A DNA stretch of 13,257 nucleotides from a virus. Lineage: Duplodnaviria; Heunggongvirae; Uroviricota; Caudoviricetes. The notes below the pieces were generated by a model. That model worked only from the letters and a program-made list of their open reading frames with translations. It did no database searches and was not told the DNA's origin. Where the stretch lies: IMG/VR virus record IMGVR_UViG_2703719354_000002; one strand, given 5' to 3'. This document shows positions 12,075-13,257 of the stretch, piece after piece. Position numbers and translations under genes: made by a program. Each line of letters starts with the position of its first letter. The stretch's first letter is position 1.

Positions 12075-12488
12075 TTAATGCGGGAATACGGCGACGATAC
12101 AGCGCAAAAACTGTCGCTGCATGGATAAAGGGATGGAATCAAGCGTACTGGATAACGCCATTGCCAGCTTACTGAGGGCAAAAATACAGAACCCGGTGTC
12201 AATAAGTTTTCCTTTTGACACCTCATTTTTTAACTGCTGTGTAACAGCCTGTTCTGCTGTCAGTTCCCATCTGGCAATAAGCAATTTCTCCTCATAGTCG
12301 TCTTCGCTATCGCCATCAGGCACATCGTTTTTACTTCTCCTCAGATACGATATGTAAAAATCGCGCCAGGCATCCAGATCCAGTTGCCCTCGCTTATTCG
12401 ATATCGGGGCACCCGGCAATTTCTGCAATCTGCGAAGCTGGCGATCGGTCAGACTTAAATGCCTGGCAACTTCAGTCTGCGTAGCCAC
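12075..12488 (-). CDS. Divergent, C-terminally truncated Nu1-like small terminase paralogue (137 aa, GTG start)
   Basis: Track ORF MATQTEVARHLSLTDRQLRRLQKLPGAPISNKRGQLDLDAWRDFYISY...DTGFCIFALSKLAMALSSTLDSIPLSMQRQFLRCIVAVFPH. Compared by eye with this window's own Nu1, the winged-HTH pattern and the central block align (ETAFCTFVLSRIAGEIASILDGIPLSVQRRF vs DTGFCIFALSKLAMALSSTLDSIPLSMQRQF), but the protein ends 9 aa after that block. GTG start at 12486..12488 preceded by GAGGTGAGGAG. Confidence 0.65.
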   Translation of the reverse strand: MATQTEVARHLSLTDRQLRRLQKLPGAPISNKRGQLDLDAWRDFYISYLRRSKNDVPDGDSEDDYEEKLLIARWELTAEQAVTQQLKNEVSKGKLIDTGFCIFALSKLAMALSSTLDSIPLSMQRQFLRCIVAVFPH

Positions 12489-12535
12489 TCCTCACCTCGC
12501 AAAAACTCTCACCTCACAATCACAACAAAACCGGT

Positions 12536-12634
12536 CATGTCCGGTTTACATGTCTGTTTTTTGTTCATGTCCGGTTCACAGAAGACCTGTTTTTATATTT
12601 TTCATATAGTTAACTTGAAGAGATACCGGACATG
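12536..12634. repeat. Three copies of the 9-bp motif CATGTCCGG (two direct, one inverted; 30 and 60 bp apart) between cosN copy 2 and the Nu1-like gene
   Basis: catgtccgg at 12536..12544 and 12566..12574 on the plus strand; ccggacatg at 12626..12634. It occupies the position where cosB sits relative to the first cos. Confidence 0.6.
12590..12620 (-). promoter_or_regulatory. Candidate sigma70-like promoter for the Nu1-like gene (weak -35 TTCAAG, 16-nt spacer, -10 TATAAA)
   Basis: Minus strand reads ttcaag-ttaactatatgaaaaa-tataaa. Judged by eye only; the -35 is a poor match. Confidence 0.25.
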
Positions 12635-12671
12635 GATCCCGGAAAATTTTCATAAATAGCGAAAACCCGCG

Positions 12672-12683
12672 AGGTCGCCGCCC
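12672..12683 (-). other. cosN copy 2, identical 12-nt cohesive-end sequence
   Basis: Second aggtcgccgccc, exactly 1151 bp from the first, inside the second repeat copy. Same right-end flank and the same 33 bp of left-end flank as copy 1. Confidence 0.85.
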
Positions 12684-12882
12684 CGTAACCTGTCGGATCG
12701 CCGGAAAGGACCCGCAAAATGATAATAATTATCATCTACATGTCACAACGTGCATCTACGCCATCAAACCACGTCAAATAATCAATTATGACGCAGGTAT
12801 CGTATTAATTGATCTGCGTCAACTTAACGTAAAAACAACTTCAGACAATACAAATCAGCGACACTGAATACGGGGCAACCTC

Positions 12883-13077
12883 ATGTCAACGAAGAACAGA
12901 ACCCGCAGAACAACAACCCGCAACATCCGCTTTCCTAACCAAATGATTGAACAAATTAACATCGCTCTTGAGCAAAAAGGGTCTGGGAATTTCTCAGCCT
13001 GGGTCATTGAAGCCTGCCGTCGGAGACTAACGTCAGAAAAGAGAGCATATACATCAATCCAAAGTGATGATGGATGA
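12883..13077 (+). CDS. Small ribbon-helix-helix-like protein, copy 2 (identical to 11732..11926)
   Basis: Track ORF with an identical 64-aa translation; lies within the second repeat copy. Confidence 0.6.
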   Translation: MSTKNRTRRTTTRNIRFPNQMIEQINIALEQKGSGNFSAWVIEACRRRLTSEKRAYTSIQSDDG

Positions 13078-13257
13078 ACATCCCGGTTTCTTCCACCATC
13101 GCACCGGAAAAGCGACTATGAGGGTAACCCTGCGTCTGTCAGCACAGTAAAACCCGGTGTGCATCGTTTTTGATTATTCCCGCACACTCACGCAGAAGGA
13201 ATTCCCCGTCGGGCTACGGTCATGGTTAATGCGGGAATACGGCGACGATACAGCGCA

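Larger units (their letters stand above)
11488..12638. repeat. Tandem direct repeat unit, copy 1 (1151 bp: 33 bp of left flank, cosN, right-end DNA, RHH gene, Nu1-like gene, motif array)
   Basis: 11488..12106 matches 12639..13257 base for base on manual comparison; offset is exactly 1151 bp. Confidence 0.9.
12639..13257. repeat. Tandem direct repeat unit, copy 2 (partial, truncated by the window end)
   Basis: Identical to 11488..12106 over all 619 bp visible. Confidence 0.9.

Noticed and set aside
12023-12226. 67-aa minus-strand ORF overlapping the 3' end of the Nu1-like gene
   Set aside because: Alternative frame of the Nu1-like gene and its downstream spacer. I also checked whether it or the third frame encodes the missing Nu1 C-terminus after a frameshift; neither does.
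12634-12639. GGATCC (BamHI) hexamer exactly at the repeat junction and an EcoRI site in each copy (12049..12054, 13200..13205), as a hint of an engineered cloning junction
   Set aside because: Six-base sites occur by chance every few kb, and the right-end DNA differs from lambda by scattered substitutions, which argues against a lambda-derived vector. I cannot exclude an artificial origin from sequence alone, so it is noted as a caveat under the hybrid cos finding.
12459-12659. 66-aa plus-strand ORF spanning the CATGTCCGG array
   Set aside because: Overlaps the Nu1-like start and its upstream region on the opposite strand, and has no recognisable motif or convincing ribosome-binding site. 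More likely non-coding regulatory DNA.
11488-13257. Possible CRISPR array or insertion sequence, given the repeated DNA
   Set aside because: The repeat is a single 1151-bp unit in direct tandem with no short repeat-spacer periodicity. No transposase ORF and no terminal inverted repeats are present.

Overview
The window is the reverse complement of the left arm of a lambda-like (lambdoid) phage or prophage, followed by an unusual duplicated cos region. From 1 to 11343 the minus strand carries the complete head and proximal tail late-gene block in canonical lambda order (Nu1, A, W, B, C/Nu3, D, E, FI, FII, Z, U, V, G/G-T, start of H). Proteins look near-identical to coliphage lambda as I recall it, but no database search was possible. 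Known lambda features are present: the G-T -1 frameshift site, nested C/Nu3, and the A/Nu1 and B/C overlaps. Upstream of Nu1 are a lambda-type cosB (three GGAAACG R-sites) and cosN at 11521..11532. The novel part is 11488..13257: an exact direct tandem repeat with 1151-bp period (second copy cut by the window end), so two identical cosN sites lie 1151 bp apart. Each unit carries cosN, about 200 bp of lambda-like right-end DNA, a 64-aa ribbon-helix-helix-like gene, and a 137-aa divergent Nu1 (small terminase) paralogue lacking the C-terminal tail that in lambda Nu1 binds the large terminase. Upstream of that gene, where cosB would sit, is a triplicated CATGTCCGG motif. I interpret this as a candidate cos-bounded packaging-specificity or packaging-interference cassette; a recombination scar or assembly artifact cannot be excluded from sequence alone. 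No rRNA, tRNA, CRISPR, transposase or integrase genes were seen.
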